A stretch of DNA of 64,000 bases, taken from NCBI GenBank assembly GCA_012514635.1, contig JAAYZX010000004.1, forward strand, positions 42,704 to 106,703. Reading direction: 5' to 3'. Shown here one piece after another: positions 47,417-56,955 of this stretch. This DNA comes from Actinomycetota bacterium. GTDB taxonomy: Bacteria > Actinomycetota > Thermoleophilia > RBG-16-64-13. The notes beneath the pieces were generated by a model. It was not told where the DNA came from. It saw only the letters and a program-made list of their open reading frames with translations, and did not search any database. A program made the translations under genes and the position numbers. Within the stretch, counting starts at the first letter, position 1. The number at the start of each line of letters is the position of its first letter.

Positions 47417-47485
47417 GACACTACACGTAGCCGGCGTTCTCCGGCATGCCAGCACCGAGCCAATACGTTTATCAGAGGTAGAGCT

Positions 47486-49078
47486 ATGACCATAAATGTC
47501 GATTCGAAACCCGGGTCGAGGCCCGCCCGGAATCAAGATCAACCGGTCATCTTCTTCGATACCACCCTCCGCGACGGGGAGCAGTCCCCCGGCATCAGCC
47601 TGAATCGTGAGGACAAGCTCGAGATCGCGCACCAACTCGTGCGCACGGGTGTAGACGTGATCGAAGCAGGATTTCCAGCTACCAGCCCCGGCGATTTTGA
47701 GGCTGTGCAGGCTATAGCGCAACAAGTGAGCGGCGCTGTGGTGTGCGGTCTGGCCCGCTGCGTGGAGTCGGATATCTATACATGTTGGGATGCCATAAAA
47801 GACGCCGAACGTCCACGTATCCACACGTTTATTTCTACATCCGATGTGCATCTCGAGCATCAAATCAAGAAGAGCTACGACGAAGTAGTGGATGTCGCCA
47901 GGCAAATGGTCAGACTGAGCGCCTCGCTCTGTTCCGGCGATGTCGAGTTCTCGGCTATGGATGCCACCCGTTCAAACCGCGCTTTTCTGGCCCGTGTGCT
48001 GCAGGCGGCTATCGAGGAGGGGGCCACCACCATCAATGTGCCGGACACGGTGGGGTACACGCTGCCCACGGAATACGCAAGTCTCATCGACTACCTATAT
48101 GACAAAGTGGCAGGGCTGGACCGGGTGGTTCTGTCCGTACACTGCCACAACGATCTCGGTTTGGCGGTTGCTAATTCTCTGGTGGCGGTGGAGCGGGGCG
48201 CTTCACAGGTAGAAGTGGCCGTCAACGGGCTTGGTGAGCGTGCGGGCAACGCGGCTCTGGAAGAGGTGGCAATGGCTCTTGTCACCCGTCGCGATTTGAT
48301 GAAACGTCCCTGCAACATCATAACCACTGAGATTGCGCGTACCAGCCGGTTGGTCGCTAATCTCACCGGCTACGTGGTTCAGTCCAACAAGGCTGTAGTG
48401 GGCAAGAATGCCTTTGCGCATGAATCGGGTATTCATCAAGACGGGGTGCTCAAGGAGCGCAGCACCTACGAGATCATGCGGGCAAAAGACATTGGTCTGG
48501 GCGATTCCGATATCGTATTGGGCAAGCACTCCGGACGTCATGCGCTGCGTTCGCGATTGGCCGAAGTGGGTATCAACCTGGACGGTGAAAGGTTGAATGA
48601 AGCCTTCCGCCGCTTCAAGGAGCTGGCCGATCACAAGAAGGCGATCACTACTCTCGATCTGGAAGCTTTGGTATCCGAGGAGATGCGTGAGCGTCACGAC
48701 ATTTACAGCCTTACCCATTTCTACGTCTCCGCCGGCAGTAATGTCATTCCGACGGCTCAGGTAGAGGTTCTCAGAGAAGAAGAGAGTCTGAGGGGAAAAG
48801 CGTTCTCCGGAGGCTCGGTGGAATCCATTTTCTGCGCAATCGATGACGCGGTGGGCATCACTGGGAAGTTGTTGGACTTCCGGGTGCGCGCCATCACCTC
48901 CGGAAAAGATGCGTTGGCCGAGGTTCGAGTAGCGGTGGAGGTAGATGGTAAGAACTACGCGGGTCAGGCGGTAGCGATCGACGTGCTGGAAGCATCGGCC
49001 AAAGCATATGTCCGGGCCTTGAACAGTGTGGAGACCGGCGCTGAAGTAGGTATTGCAAGACCAGAATGGATGTTCTGA
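47486..49078 (+). CDS. leuA: 2-isopropylmalate synthase (long form with C-terminal LeuA-dimer regulatory domain)
   Basis: [64 protein letters not shown] and [14 protein letters not shown], plus a ~150-aa regulatory domain. Note SAMDATR where SxEDxxR is expected. Confidence 0.9.
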   Translation: MTINVDSKPGSRPARNQDQPVIFFDTTLRDGEQSPGISLNREDKLEIAHQLVRTGVDVIEAGFPATSPGDFEAVQAIAQQVSGAVVCGLARCVESDIYTCWDAIKDAERPRIHTFISTSDVHLEHQIKKSYDEVVDVARQMVRLSASLCSGDVEFSAMDATRSNRAFLARVLQAAIEEGATTINVPDTVGYTLPTEYASLIDYLYDKVAGLDRVVLSVHCHNDLGLAVANSLVAVERGASQVEVAVNGLGERAGNAALEEVAMALVTRRDLMKRPCNIITTEIARTSRLVANLTGYVVQSNKAVVGKNAFAHESGIHQDGVLKERSTYEIMRAKDIGLGDSDIVLGKHSGRHALRSRLAEVGINLDGERLNEAFRRFKELADHKKAITTLDLEALVSEEMRERHDIYSLTHFYVSAGSNVIPTAQVEVLREEESLRGKAFSGGSVESIFCAIDDAVGITGKLLDFRVRAITSGKDALAEVRVAVEVDGKNYAGQAVAIDVLEASAKAYVRALNSVETGAEVGIARPEWMF

Positions 49079-51747
49079 TGCCCCTCGATTCCTGGGGCGC
49101 TGTTCGTACGCTGCGGGTGGGGGAGGAATCTTGGCGAATCCACGCGCTGCACGTGTTGGAGAACGCCGGACTGGTGGAACTGGCACGGCTCCCGTATTCC
49201 ATCCGCGTGTTGCTGGAGAATAGCCTACGCTACTGTGGGGAGGGGCATGTGACGGAGGAGCACGTCCGTCTCCTGTGCGGCTGGCGCCGCGATGCGCCCG
49301 AGGATCGCGAATTTCCATTCATGCCCGCTAGAGTTGTGCTGCAGGATTTGACCGGAGTGCCCTGCATTGTAGATCTGGCCGCCATGCGCTCCGCCATGTC
49401 CAAAGCGGGGCTGGACCCCCGCTTGGTCAACCCTCTGGTTCCGGTAGATTTGGTTATTGACCACTCGTTACAGGTAGACTACGCGGGTCGCCTGGACGCC
49501 CTCGATCTCAATATGGATCTGGAGTACCGGCGCAACGAGGAGCGGTACAAGCTCTTTAGATGGGCCCAGCGTGAGTTCCAGAATCTGCGCGTCACACCGC
49601 CTGGGACCGGCATTGTGCACCAGGTAAATTTGGAAGCACTGTCTCCGGTGGTGGCCACCCGCGAAGGCGACGATGGGAAGGAGGCTTTTCCCGACACCGT
49701 CGTGGGCGCCGATTCCCACACCACCATGATCAATGGATTAGGGGTTGTCGGCTGGGGTGTGGGCGGCATCGAAGCCGAAGCCGTGATGCTGGGTCAGCCA
49801 TACTTCATGCTTCCGCCGCGGGTGGTGGGCGTGCGTTTCCACGGTCGCCTGCGTGCAGGAGCCTTGGCCACCGATTTGGCCCTCACCGTTACCAATCTGC
49901 TACGCCGTGAGGGCGTGGTGGGTGCGTTTGTGGAGTTTTTCGGCCCGGGTGTCACTGAGCTGTCGTTGCCGGATCGGGCTACTGTGGCCAACATGGCGCC
50001 GGAGTACGGCGCCACCATGGGCTATTTTCCCGTGGATGATGAGACTCTGGCTTATTTATTGCAAACACGAAATGATGCATGTTTAGTTGCATTAGTGGAA
50101 GCATATTGTCGCGAGCAGAGTCTATTTCGTCATGCCGAAGCCATAGATCCCGAGTATTCGCAGGTGGTGGAGCTGGATCTGGGAGAAGTGAGGCCCTGCG
50201 TGGCAGGTCCGCGTCGCCCTCAAGACGTTGCTCCGCTGGATGAGGTGCCGGCACGGTTTTTCGCAGGCTTCTCAGGATTTGTACCGGAGGCCGGCGATGA
50301 AGGGGGTGCCGAGGACTACCTGGTCCAGGTCCCAATAGGCGCAGTCGCTGTGGCAGCCATCACCAGCTGCACTAATACCTCCAACCCGCGCGCCATGATA
50401 GCGGCAGGACTGCTGGCTCGTAATGCCGTAGAGGTAGGCCTGGTGCCGCCGCCGTGGGTGAAGACCAGTCTGACTCCAGGGTCGCGGGCGGCGGCGCTGT
50501 ATCTCAAGCAGTTGGGCCTGCTGGAACCGCTTGTCGCTCTGGGTTTTGCCATTGCGGGTTATGGATGCGCCACCTGTATAGGCAACTCGGGCGAGTTGCA
50601 GCCACAGATGGAGGAGGCGGTGCGCAATGAGGGCACCGTGGTGAGTGCTGTGCTCAGCGGGAATCGTAATTTTGAAGCCCGAATCCACCCGTTGATCAAG
50701 GCCAATTACCTAGTATCGCCCCCTTTAGTGGTGGCGTATGCGTTGGCCGGCGCAGTAACGGTGGATCTGACGAGAGAACCGCTGGGGACGGGCGCCAACG
50801 GCGGACCGGTCTTCCTGCACGATTTATGGCCGCCTGAAAGCGAGATTGCTGAAGCCGTGGCACAGGTTGCCGGCGGCGATGTCTATGGCGCGGTGCAGCA
50901 GTTGCGGCCGGACCCACGTTGGGCGGAGCTGGAGGCCCCTTCAGGAGCCCTCTATCCGTGGGATATGGAGTCTATGTATCTGCGCGAACCGCCGTTTGTA
51001 GCGGGTAGATCGACCGATGAGACGCTCTCTTTGCGCAGGGCCCGTATCCTGGCCATTCTGGGCGATTCTGTGACTACAGATCACATTTCACCGGCGGGAC
51101 GTATCGCGGCGGATGGTCCGGCAGGAGCGTATCTGGCGGGTCGGGGGGTGGAACACGATAATTTCAACACCTTCGGTTCCCGTCGCGGCAATCACGAAGT
51201 GCTGATGCGGGGAACATTTGCCAATCCGCGGCTACGAAACGCTATGGCCCCCACTCGCGACGGCGGCTATACCACACATCACCCAAGTGGCGAGTGTGTC
51301 GACATCTTTGAAGCGGCTCGGCGCTATGCCGAGGCCCATACGCCGCTTGTACTTGTGACAGGGAAGGAATACGGTACGGGGAGCTCACGCGATTGGGCCG
51401 CCAAGGGGCCGGTGTTGCTGGGCGTGAAAGCCGTGATTGCGCAGAGTTTTGAGCGCATCCATCGCAGCAATTTGGTAGGCATGGGCGTGTTGCCACTGGA
51501 GTTTCTGAGCGGTGAGGGGGCGCAGTCGTGTGGATTGCTTGGCGATGAGGTACTCAGCATCGATATACCCGATAATCCGGTTCCCGGTGCGATCCTGGAG
51601 GTAAAGTTGGAACCGGACGACGGGGGGACGGTGAGAAGCTTTCTTGTGAAGAGCCGGCTCGATTCGGAGGCTGAGGTAGAGTACTACAGAGCGGGCGGTA
51701 TTCTGCCGCGTGTGTTTGCGCTGCTGATGGCTAAGAATGCATCGTAG
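49078..51747 (+). CDS. acnA: Aconitate hydratase A (monomeric AcnA/IRP type)
   Basis: [25 protein letters not shown] and Fe-S ligand contexts [10 protein letters not shown] and [10 protein letters not shown], about 890 aa. ATG 49078 overlaps the leuA stop as TGATG. An upstream in-frame ATG at 49066 is also possible. Confidence 0.9.
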   Translation: MPLDSWGAVRTLRVGEESWRIHALHVLENAGLVELARLPYSIRVLLENSLRYCGEGHVTEEHVRLLCGWRRDAPEDREFPFMPARVVLQDLTGVPCIVDLAAMRSAMSKAGLDPRLVNPLVPVDLVIDHSLQVDYAGRLDALDLNMDLEYRRNEERYKLFRWAQREFQNLRVTPPGTGIVHQVNLEALSPVVATREGDDGKEAFPDTVVGADSHTTMINGLGVVGWGVGGIEAEAVMLGQPYFMLPPRVVGVRFHGRLRAGALATDLALTVTNLLRREGVVGAFVEFFGPGVTELSLPDRATVANMAPEYGATMGYFPVDDETLAYLLQTRNDACLVALVEAYCREQSLFRHAEAIDPEYSQVVELDLGEVRPCVAGPRRPQDVAPLDEVPARFFAGFSGFVPEAGDEGGAEDYLVQVPIGAVAVAAITSCTNTSNPRAMIAAGLLARNAVEVGLVPPPWVKTSLTPGSRAAALYLKQLGLLEPLVALGFAIAGYGCATCIGNSGELQPQMEEAVRNEGTVVSAVLSGNRNFEARIHPLIKANYLVSPPLVVAYALAGAVTVDLTREPLGTGANGGPVFLHDLWPPESEIAEAVAQVAGGDVYGAVQQLRPDPRWAELEAPSGALYPWDMESMYLREPPFVAGRSTDETLSLRRARILAILGDSVTTDHISPAGRIAADGPAGAYLAGRGVEHDNFNTFGSRRGNHEVLMRGTFANPRLRNAMAPTRDGGYTTHHPSGECVDIFEAARRYAEAHTPLVLVTGKEYGTGSSRDWAAKGPVLLGVKAVIAQSFERIHRSNLVGMGVLPLEFLSGEGAQSCGLLGDEVLSIDIPDNPVPGAILEVKLEPDDGGTVRSFLVKSRLDSEAEVEYYRAGGILPRVFALLMAKNAS

Positions 51748-51766
51748 ATGATCCGGGGATATGGTC

Positions 51767-51808
51767 GAAGCCGGGCACCGAGCAGATATCTGCTCGGTGC
51801 CCGGCTTC
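51767..51808. terminator. Perfect 19-bp-stem hairpin between convergent acnA and the reductase gene
   Basis: GAAGCCGGGCACCGAGCAG-ATAT-CTGCTCGGTGCCCGGCTTC. Confidence 0.7.
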
Positions 51809-51839
51809 AGCTCACTTTGTGGTTGTATAGTATGCGCAG

Positions 51840-52562
51840 CTACGTTGCCGGCTTGGCGGGAGGACCGAAGCTCTCTTCCACCTGACGCTCCGGCGGAACA
51901 GCCAAGGTTTCTAAGGCTGTGCGCATGGCGGCTACCATGGGGGGTGGGCCGCTGGTGTAGAAAGTCCAGGCTGCGGCATCACCCAACTCCCGGCCGATAA
52001 CCTCGGCGGTGATGAATCCCTTGTATCCGGCCCAGTCGTCAGCGGGTTGTGAAAGCACGTGGACTACGCGTACTCCGGGGAGTTTCTGTTCAAACTCGTC
52101 GAACTCCCCCTTGAACGGTATGTTGTCTTCATCGAGGTTGCCGTAGAAGACTACGATTTCCAATCCTCCTCCGCCTGTATCCGTGAGGTAGCGCAGTATG
52201 CTACGGATAGGTGTCACACCTATTCCACCCGCCAGAAACGCCAGCTTGGTCAGTCCCGGCTTGAGGGTGAAGTTGCCGAATACGCCCTGCATGTCCACCG
52301 GGGCCCCCGGGGTTAGAGAGTCCAGTGCATTCTTGAAATCTGATCCGCTGAGACGGGTGGTCAGCTGGAGGAATGGTTCAGTAGGAGAACTGGAATAAGT
52401 AAAAGGCTTTTTCAGGGGTCCGGAGGGCGAGGGGATGGTGATAGTGAACCATTGACCGGCCGAGTACGTGAACCCTTCCGGCTTAACGAAACGGAAGCCG
52501 GCCAGATCGCCCACCAAGGGGATTTTTTCTGTGAAAGTGGTGGTGAACGTCGCATTCTTCAT
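51840..52562 (-). CDS. Ferredoxin-reductase-like FAD/NAD(P)-binding oxidoreductase (FNR family)
   Basis: FAD-binding barrel (KPFTYSSSP compares with the RxYS motif) and NAD-binding [15 protein letters not shown], with TSGPPPMV near the C-terminus. GAGGAG lies 10 nt upstream of ATG 52562. Confidence 0.75.
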   Translation of the reverse strand: MKNATFTTTFTEKIPLVGDLAGFRFVKPEGFTYSAGQWFTITIPSPSGPLKKPFTYSSSPTEPFLQLTTRLSGSDFKNALDSLTPGAPVDMQGVFGNFTLKPGLTKLAFLAGGIGVTPIRSILRYLTDTGGGGLEIVVFYGNLDEDNIPFKGEFDEFEQKLPGVRVVHVLSQPADDWAGYKGFITAEVIGRELGDAAAWTFYTSGPPPMVAAMRTALETLAVPPERQVEESFGPPAKPAT

Positions 52563-52733
52563 AAGCGGATGACTCCTCGATATGAGCATAGGTTAAGTTT
52601 TCTGCTCTCCTGATACCCGGCTCCGGCTCGCACTAATCGCTTCTGCTCAAGATATAGAGGGGCTCGAGTACGTACAATAAATGGGAGAATCCGTACATAG
52701 ATGGTGAAGGGGATGCGTTGCCGTGGAGGAGAT

Positions 52734-53543
52734 ATGACGGTTGGTCTGGTGGCGTTTGATCTGGACGGCGTTCTTTACCGAGGCCGCCAAGTGGTACCTG
52801 GGGCGCTCCAAGGAGTGAGAGCAGTTCTGCGGCACGGCCTGTTGCTCCGTTACGTGACCAACAATGCCACCCTGCATCGGGCGGCGGTGGCGGAACGCCT
52901 GCAATCAATGGGTTTCCCAGCCACACAAGAGCAAGTTTTGGGATCTGCCGCCGCCACCGCCGCTTGGCTTCAAGATCACATATCTCCGGGGTCCCTGGTT
53001 CTGGCACTGGGTGAAGCCGGGCTCCTCCGGGAACTCAAGGAAGCGGGATTTGAGGCCGGGCATGTCTTGGAGAACGCCGGAGATCGACCGGCCGCTGCCG
53101 TGGTGGTTGGGCTGGATCGTTCTCTGACATACGGGTCGCTGGCTTCTGCGCAGCACCATGTTTTCCAAGGAGCGCTGTTTGTCGCTACCAATACTGATAA
53201 TACTTTCCCGTCGGAGGGACGTTTGCTGCCTGGGGCCGGGGCCGTAGTGGCTGCGGTGGCAGCGGCGGTATCCAAACAGCCCACGGTGATTGGCAAACCG
53301 GGGTTGGGTAAGGCCGAGGCGCTGCGTCGTACGACAGGTGTCGGCTATGAGGACACTCTTTTCGTAGGAGACCGTCTCGATACAGACATCGCGTTTGGAG
53401 CCAAAGTGGGCATGAAAACGGCCCTGGTTCTGACAGGAGTCCACTCTCAGAGGGACATCTCATCGTACGGTGTAGAACCCGATTTTGTGCTGACAGATCT
53501 ACGGGAGCTGGCCCGGTTGCTGGACCGATTGAGCGGGTCGTAG
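52734..53543 (+). CDS. HAD-superfamily subfamily IIA hydrolase (NagD-like)
   Basis: VAFDLDGVLYRG (DxDG), VTNNAT, IGKP and GDRLDTDI. GGAGGA upstream of ATG 52734. Confidence 0.8.
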   Translation: MTVGLVAFDLDGVLYRGRQVVPGALQGVRAVLRHGLLLRYVTNNATLHRAAVAERLQSMGFPATQEQVLGSAAATAAWLQDHISPGSLVLALGEAGLLRELKEAGFEAGHVLENAGDRPAAAVVVGLDRSLTYGSLASAQHHVFQGALFVATNTDNTFPSEGRLLPGAGAVVAAVAAAVSKQPTVIGKPGLGKAEALRRTTGVGYEDTLFVGDRLDTDIAFGAKVGMKTALVLTGVHSQRDISSYGVEPDFVLTDLRELARLLDRLSGS

Positions 53544-53698
53544 GAGGAGGAATATCCAGAGCCATGACGTAGATTCTCCAATGGCTCCACCAACAGAACC
53601 GGGACTGGGTTGTCGTCGGGATAGTTTGCAGGTAAAGTTAAATGGGCCGGTAGACTACCGGTAGCTGTCGTCAACGTGTCAGGCGGTGACGGATTTAG

Positions 53699-54229
53699 AT
53701 GCATAACGACGAAATCATCCAGGCTACACCAAGCATCCTGCAGGAGATGATCTCTTCGCCTCAGGTTCTATTCTCGGCGGAAGCTTATTTTCTGGCTTTG
53801 TCGGATACTTACGATGAGTCGCAACCGGACTCGGCATACCGCAAACAGGTGAAGATCGATCTTCTGGGTGAAAAACTGCAGGAGAGAATCATGTGGGCGG
53901 CTAAGAAGGCGTTCCACGAATACTGGGAGCGGACTTACGCCAAGCCGCCGGTAGTTGAGGTGGAGGAGTCTCCGGATGCGCCGTTCTTGCGCGAGCGTGC
54001 CGTTGCTCAGGGCCGCCTCAAATCCATCACCCGTAGTGAGGGCGGCTTCAACATCCTCCTGACCAGCGATGATCAGGAGCACGTGTTCTATGTGTCCAAA
54101 GCAAACTGCTTGGTGGACAAACTCCTGTTCCTGCTGAACAAGGATGTGGTGGTGGAGTACGACTCCTCGATTGCAGAAGCCGCGGTGACTCCTGCTTACA
54201 CCATCTGCCTGTTCAGGCCGCCTTCCTGA
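53699..54229 (+). CDS. Hypothetical protein (176 aa), no family recognised
   Basis: The ORF has ordinary, somewhat lower-GC codon usage. MHNDEIIQATPSILQEMISSPQVLFSAEAYFLALSDTYDES... Confidence 0.45.
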   Translation: MHNDEIIQATPSILQEMISSPQVLFSAEAYFLALSDTYDESQPDSAYRKQVKIDLLGEKLQERIMWAAKKAFHEYWERTYAKPPVVEVEESPDAPFLRERAVAQGRLKSITRSEGGFNILLTSDDQEHVFYVSKANCLVDKLLFLLNKDVVVEYDSSIAEAAVTPAYTICLFRPPS

Positions 54230-54256
54230 GTCGGCGGTTCAGCAGCTTTCTTTTGG

Positions 54257-55198
54257 CTATCGGCTTCGTGTGTAGCCGGTGATTACGGCCGCCCAGAGGT
54301 CTCCGACGGTGGCAAGCCGCTCCAGGGTATTTGCCATGGTGAACGTCTGGCCGTGCGGCAGCGTCTCCAGCTCATCCCAGGTGACCGGCATGGATATGGT
54401 GGCCGTGGGGGTTGGCCGCACGGTGTAAGGCGGAACGACGGTGGCTCCCAGAGCCATGCGTTGTGCGTCGAGATACACGCGCCCCTGTCGTCGTTCCTTG
54501 CGCATAGCGCGGGTGGCAAGATCGGGGTGGGTTTCTGTCAGGCGGGCGAACAATTGAGCGAGAGAATGACGCAGCTCCTCGTAAGTGAGATTTCCGTCCA
54601 GTGGCAGACCCAGATGGATTCCCCTCTTGCCCGATGTCTTGACGTGAGGCTTCATGCCGAGCAACTGGAGCTCCACTTTAAGCAACAGAGCAGTCTGTGC
54701 AGCTGCCTCAAACGCCTCCTCTAGTGAATGACTGTCCGCTGGGGGCGGATCAATATCGATGATCAGGATGTCGGGATGAGAGAGATCGTCGATACGAGAG
54801 AGAAAAGTGTGGAAAGTGATGGTTCCCAAATTCGCCAGATATACGAGTCCGGCTGCATCGTCCACCAGCACATGTCGGTCTATTTTACGTGCCCGCCGGT
54901 ATTCGATGGGGAAGGTGCGCAGCCAAGACGGGAAAAAGGCGGGGGCATTCTTTTGGTAGAAAGACGGGGCGTCCACGCCTTCCGGAAAACGTTCCAGGCT
55001 GAGTGGCCTGTTGCGCAGGTGCGGCAAGAAGAACGGAGCGACCTCTCGATAGTAATGCAGCAGGTGGCCTTTGGTGAGACCGGCGGCGGGGAAGTAGACA
55101 CGATCAGTGTTGGTGAGCCGCAACATGCGGCCGGAGAGCTCCAGCTCGCCGGCCGCCAAGCGGCCCAATTTCCATGATGCTTCCCCGCCGCCGGCCAT
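54257..55198 (-). CDS. Stand-alone LigD polymerase/primase domain protein (NHEJ PolDom)
   Basis: LTNTDRVYFPAAGLTKGHLLHYY, RPLSLERFPEGV..SFYQKNAP, IIDIDPP, VKTSGKRGIHL; AEP primase-polymerase motifs. Confidence 0.8.
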   Translation of the reverse strand: MAGGGEASWKLGRLAAGELELSGRMLRLTNTDRVYFPAAGLTKGHLLHYYREVAPFFLPHLRNRPLSLERFPEGVDAPSFYQKNAPAFFPSWLRTFPIEYRRARKIDRHVLVDDAAGLVYLANLGTITFHTFLSRIDDLSHPDILIIDIDPPPADSHSLEEAFEAAAQTALLLKVELQLLGMKPHVKTSGKRGIHLGLPLDGNLTYEELRHSLAQLFARLTETHPDLATRAMRKERRQGRVYLDAQRMALGATVVPPYTVRPTPTATISMPVTWDELETLPHGQTFTMANTLERLATVGDLWAAVITGYTRSR

Positions 55199-55213
55199 GG
55201 TTGGTTGCTGGAT

Positions 55214-55897
55214 TCAGGCGTCGGTTGCCACCGGAGCGCCGGGGATAGCATTGGCTGCAGTTCGTGGAGGTTCTCTCTGCGCAATCTCCTCCATGGAGCG
55301 ACCGGTGGCTATGGAAAGAAGCTCATGCTGCGTTACGCTGTAGCCGGGTCGGGCATCATCATCTCGGTGTTTGAGCAGGAGCCAGTTTCTGGCCCCGCGA
55401 CCCTTCATTTTCACCAACACGAAGCTTCCCGCCAACCTGCTGCCATGTAATATGAATTTCAACTGGCCGTTGGCGAGCCTGCCCTCAATATCGAGAGGTC
55501 GACCCTCCTGTGCCTGCTGCGCGAACTCCTTGGACCATCGTGTGTCCGGTTCCCACCAGCCGTAGTCCCAGAGCATGACCGTGCCGGCTCCGTATTCTCC
55601 CTCAGGGATGACGCCCTCGAAGGTGGCGTAGGCAAGGGGGTGATCCTCCACATGAACAGCCAGGCGTTTGTTTGCGGGGTCCAGTGACGGTCCTTTGGGG
55701 ACGGCCCAGCTTTTCAGAACACCGTTCACCTCCAGCCGTAGATCGTAGTGCAGGGAGGAGGCGGCGTGCTTTTGTACGCAGAAGATGGCCCGCGAGGAAG
55801 CGGAATGAGTGGGATCGCCTGCAGGCTCAGGGGTCAGCGTAAAATCGCGTTTGGCGCGATACTCATCGAGAGAGTGTTCCTGCTTGGCGTATACCAT
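55214..55897 (-). CDS. Stand-alone LigD 3-prime-phosphoesterase domain protein
   Basis: LDEYRAKRDFTLTPEP, FCVQKHAASSLHYDLRLEVNGVLKSWAVPKGPSLDP, HVEDHPLAYATFEGVIPEGEYGAG, and WLLLKHRDD. Confidence 0.85.
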   Translation of the reverse strand: MVYAKQEHSLDEYRAKRDFTLTPEPAGDPTHSASSRAIFCVQKHAASSLHYDLRLEVNGVLKSWAVPKGPSLDPANKRLAVHVEDHPLAYATFEGVIPEGEYGAGTVMLWDYGWWEPDTRWSKEFAQQAQEGRPLDIEGRLANGQLKFILHGSRLAGSFVLVKMKGRGARNWLLLKHRDDDARPGYSVTQHELLSIATGRSMEEIAQREPPRTAANAIPGAPVATDA

Positions 55898-55956
55898 GGT
55901 TGTTGTCTCCTCGGCGCGATCGTCTAATAGTCCAACAAAGCATAGTAAAATGAATC

Positions 55957-55998
55957 AATATGCTCATTAGATCACGCAATATGATCGTTAGACCACGT
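55957..55998. repeat. Two tandem imperfect 21-bp direct repeats in the ligD-PE / mscS divergent spacer
   Basis: AATATGCTCATTAGATCACGC (55957-55977) and AATATGATCGTTAGACCACGT (55978-55998), 17/21 identical by hand, in an AT-rich spacer. Confidence 0.6.
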
Positions 55999-56106
55999 GT
56001 AATCTACCCGTTTTGGGTCAACCGCAGTCATTGCAGCCCGCTGACAGTGAGGCCGTGCTGCTGCGAGACGATGCCGTCTTATTGGTCCGGGAGAGTCCGC
56101 AACTAA

Positions 56107-56916
56107 GTGAATCCCGATGCCAAACAAATCGGTGTCCTGCAGAATGTCGCTGTGGCGGTGGGCATTCTGGCATTGACGGCGCTTCTGGCTTGGCTGTTCA
56201 ATCGGTCTATCAGCCGCTACGTTCAGCACCGGGGCATAGACGACCCCAAACCTCTTACCAAAATCCGCATGATCCAACGTCTGCTGCGGGTGGCCATTGT
56301 GCTGACCGGCTTTGGTTTCGCCTTCTATGCGCTGGAGATCGATGCGTTGCGCAGGTTTGCCATTGGGCTGTTTGCGTCGGCGGGGTTGGTGGGCATTGCT
56401 CTGGGTTTTGCAGCTCAAACCACAGCGGCCAATCTCATCTCTGGTGTCATGATTGCGTTTGTACAGCCTCTGCGATTGGGCGATCGGGTGATGGTTGAGG
56501 AGGATATGGGAATCGTGGAGGATATCGGGCTTTTCTACACCACTATCCAAACGTGGGACAACCGGCGCGTGATCATTCCAAATCAGGTGCTTTCTAAGAA
56601 TGTGATTCGCAACTATACGGTGACGGATCCGGCTATGCCCGCAGAGATCGTGCTGGATGTGGCCTATGGTACTGATATGCAATGGTTGCGCTCTATGCTG
56701 TTGGAGGAGACCGCTGCGCATCCGTTGACGTTGAACACCCCACCTCCTACGGTGCAGGTTACCAAGCTGGACGCCCACACGTTCACCGTGCGTTTGGTGG
56801 CATGGACTGCCGATTATTCCCAGAGCTGGGATGTCATGGTTGCATTGCGCGAGAGGGTGGTGCAGCGTATGGCTGAGGTGGGCTCGGCGGCAAAAGTGGG
56901 TGCGATACGGGGCTGA
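56107..56916 (+). CDS. Small-conductance mechanosensitive channel (MscS family)
   Basis: GIALGFAAQTTAANLISGVMIAFVQPLRLGDRV..GIVEDIGLFYTTIQTWDNRRVIIPN, the canonical MscS TM3/beta-domain signature. Confidence 0.9.
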   Translation: MNPDAKQIGVLQNVAVAVGILALTALLAWLFNRSISRYVQHRGIDDPKPLTKIRMIQRLLRVAIVLTGFGFAFYALEIDALRRFAIGLFASAGLVGIALGFAAQTTAANLISGVMIAFVQPLRLGDRVMVEEDMGIVEDIGLFYTTIQTWDNRRVIIPNQVLSKNVIRNYTVTDPAMPAEIVLDVAYGTDMQWLRSMLLEETAAHPLTLNTPPPTVQVTKLDAHTFTVRLVAWTADYSQSWDVMVALRERVVQRMAEVGSAAKVGAIRG

Positions 56917-56955
56917 GCGTGGGGCCGAGCAGACAGAGTGCCCGCTAGAAGAGGG

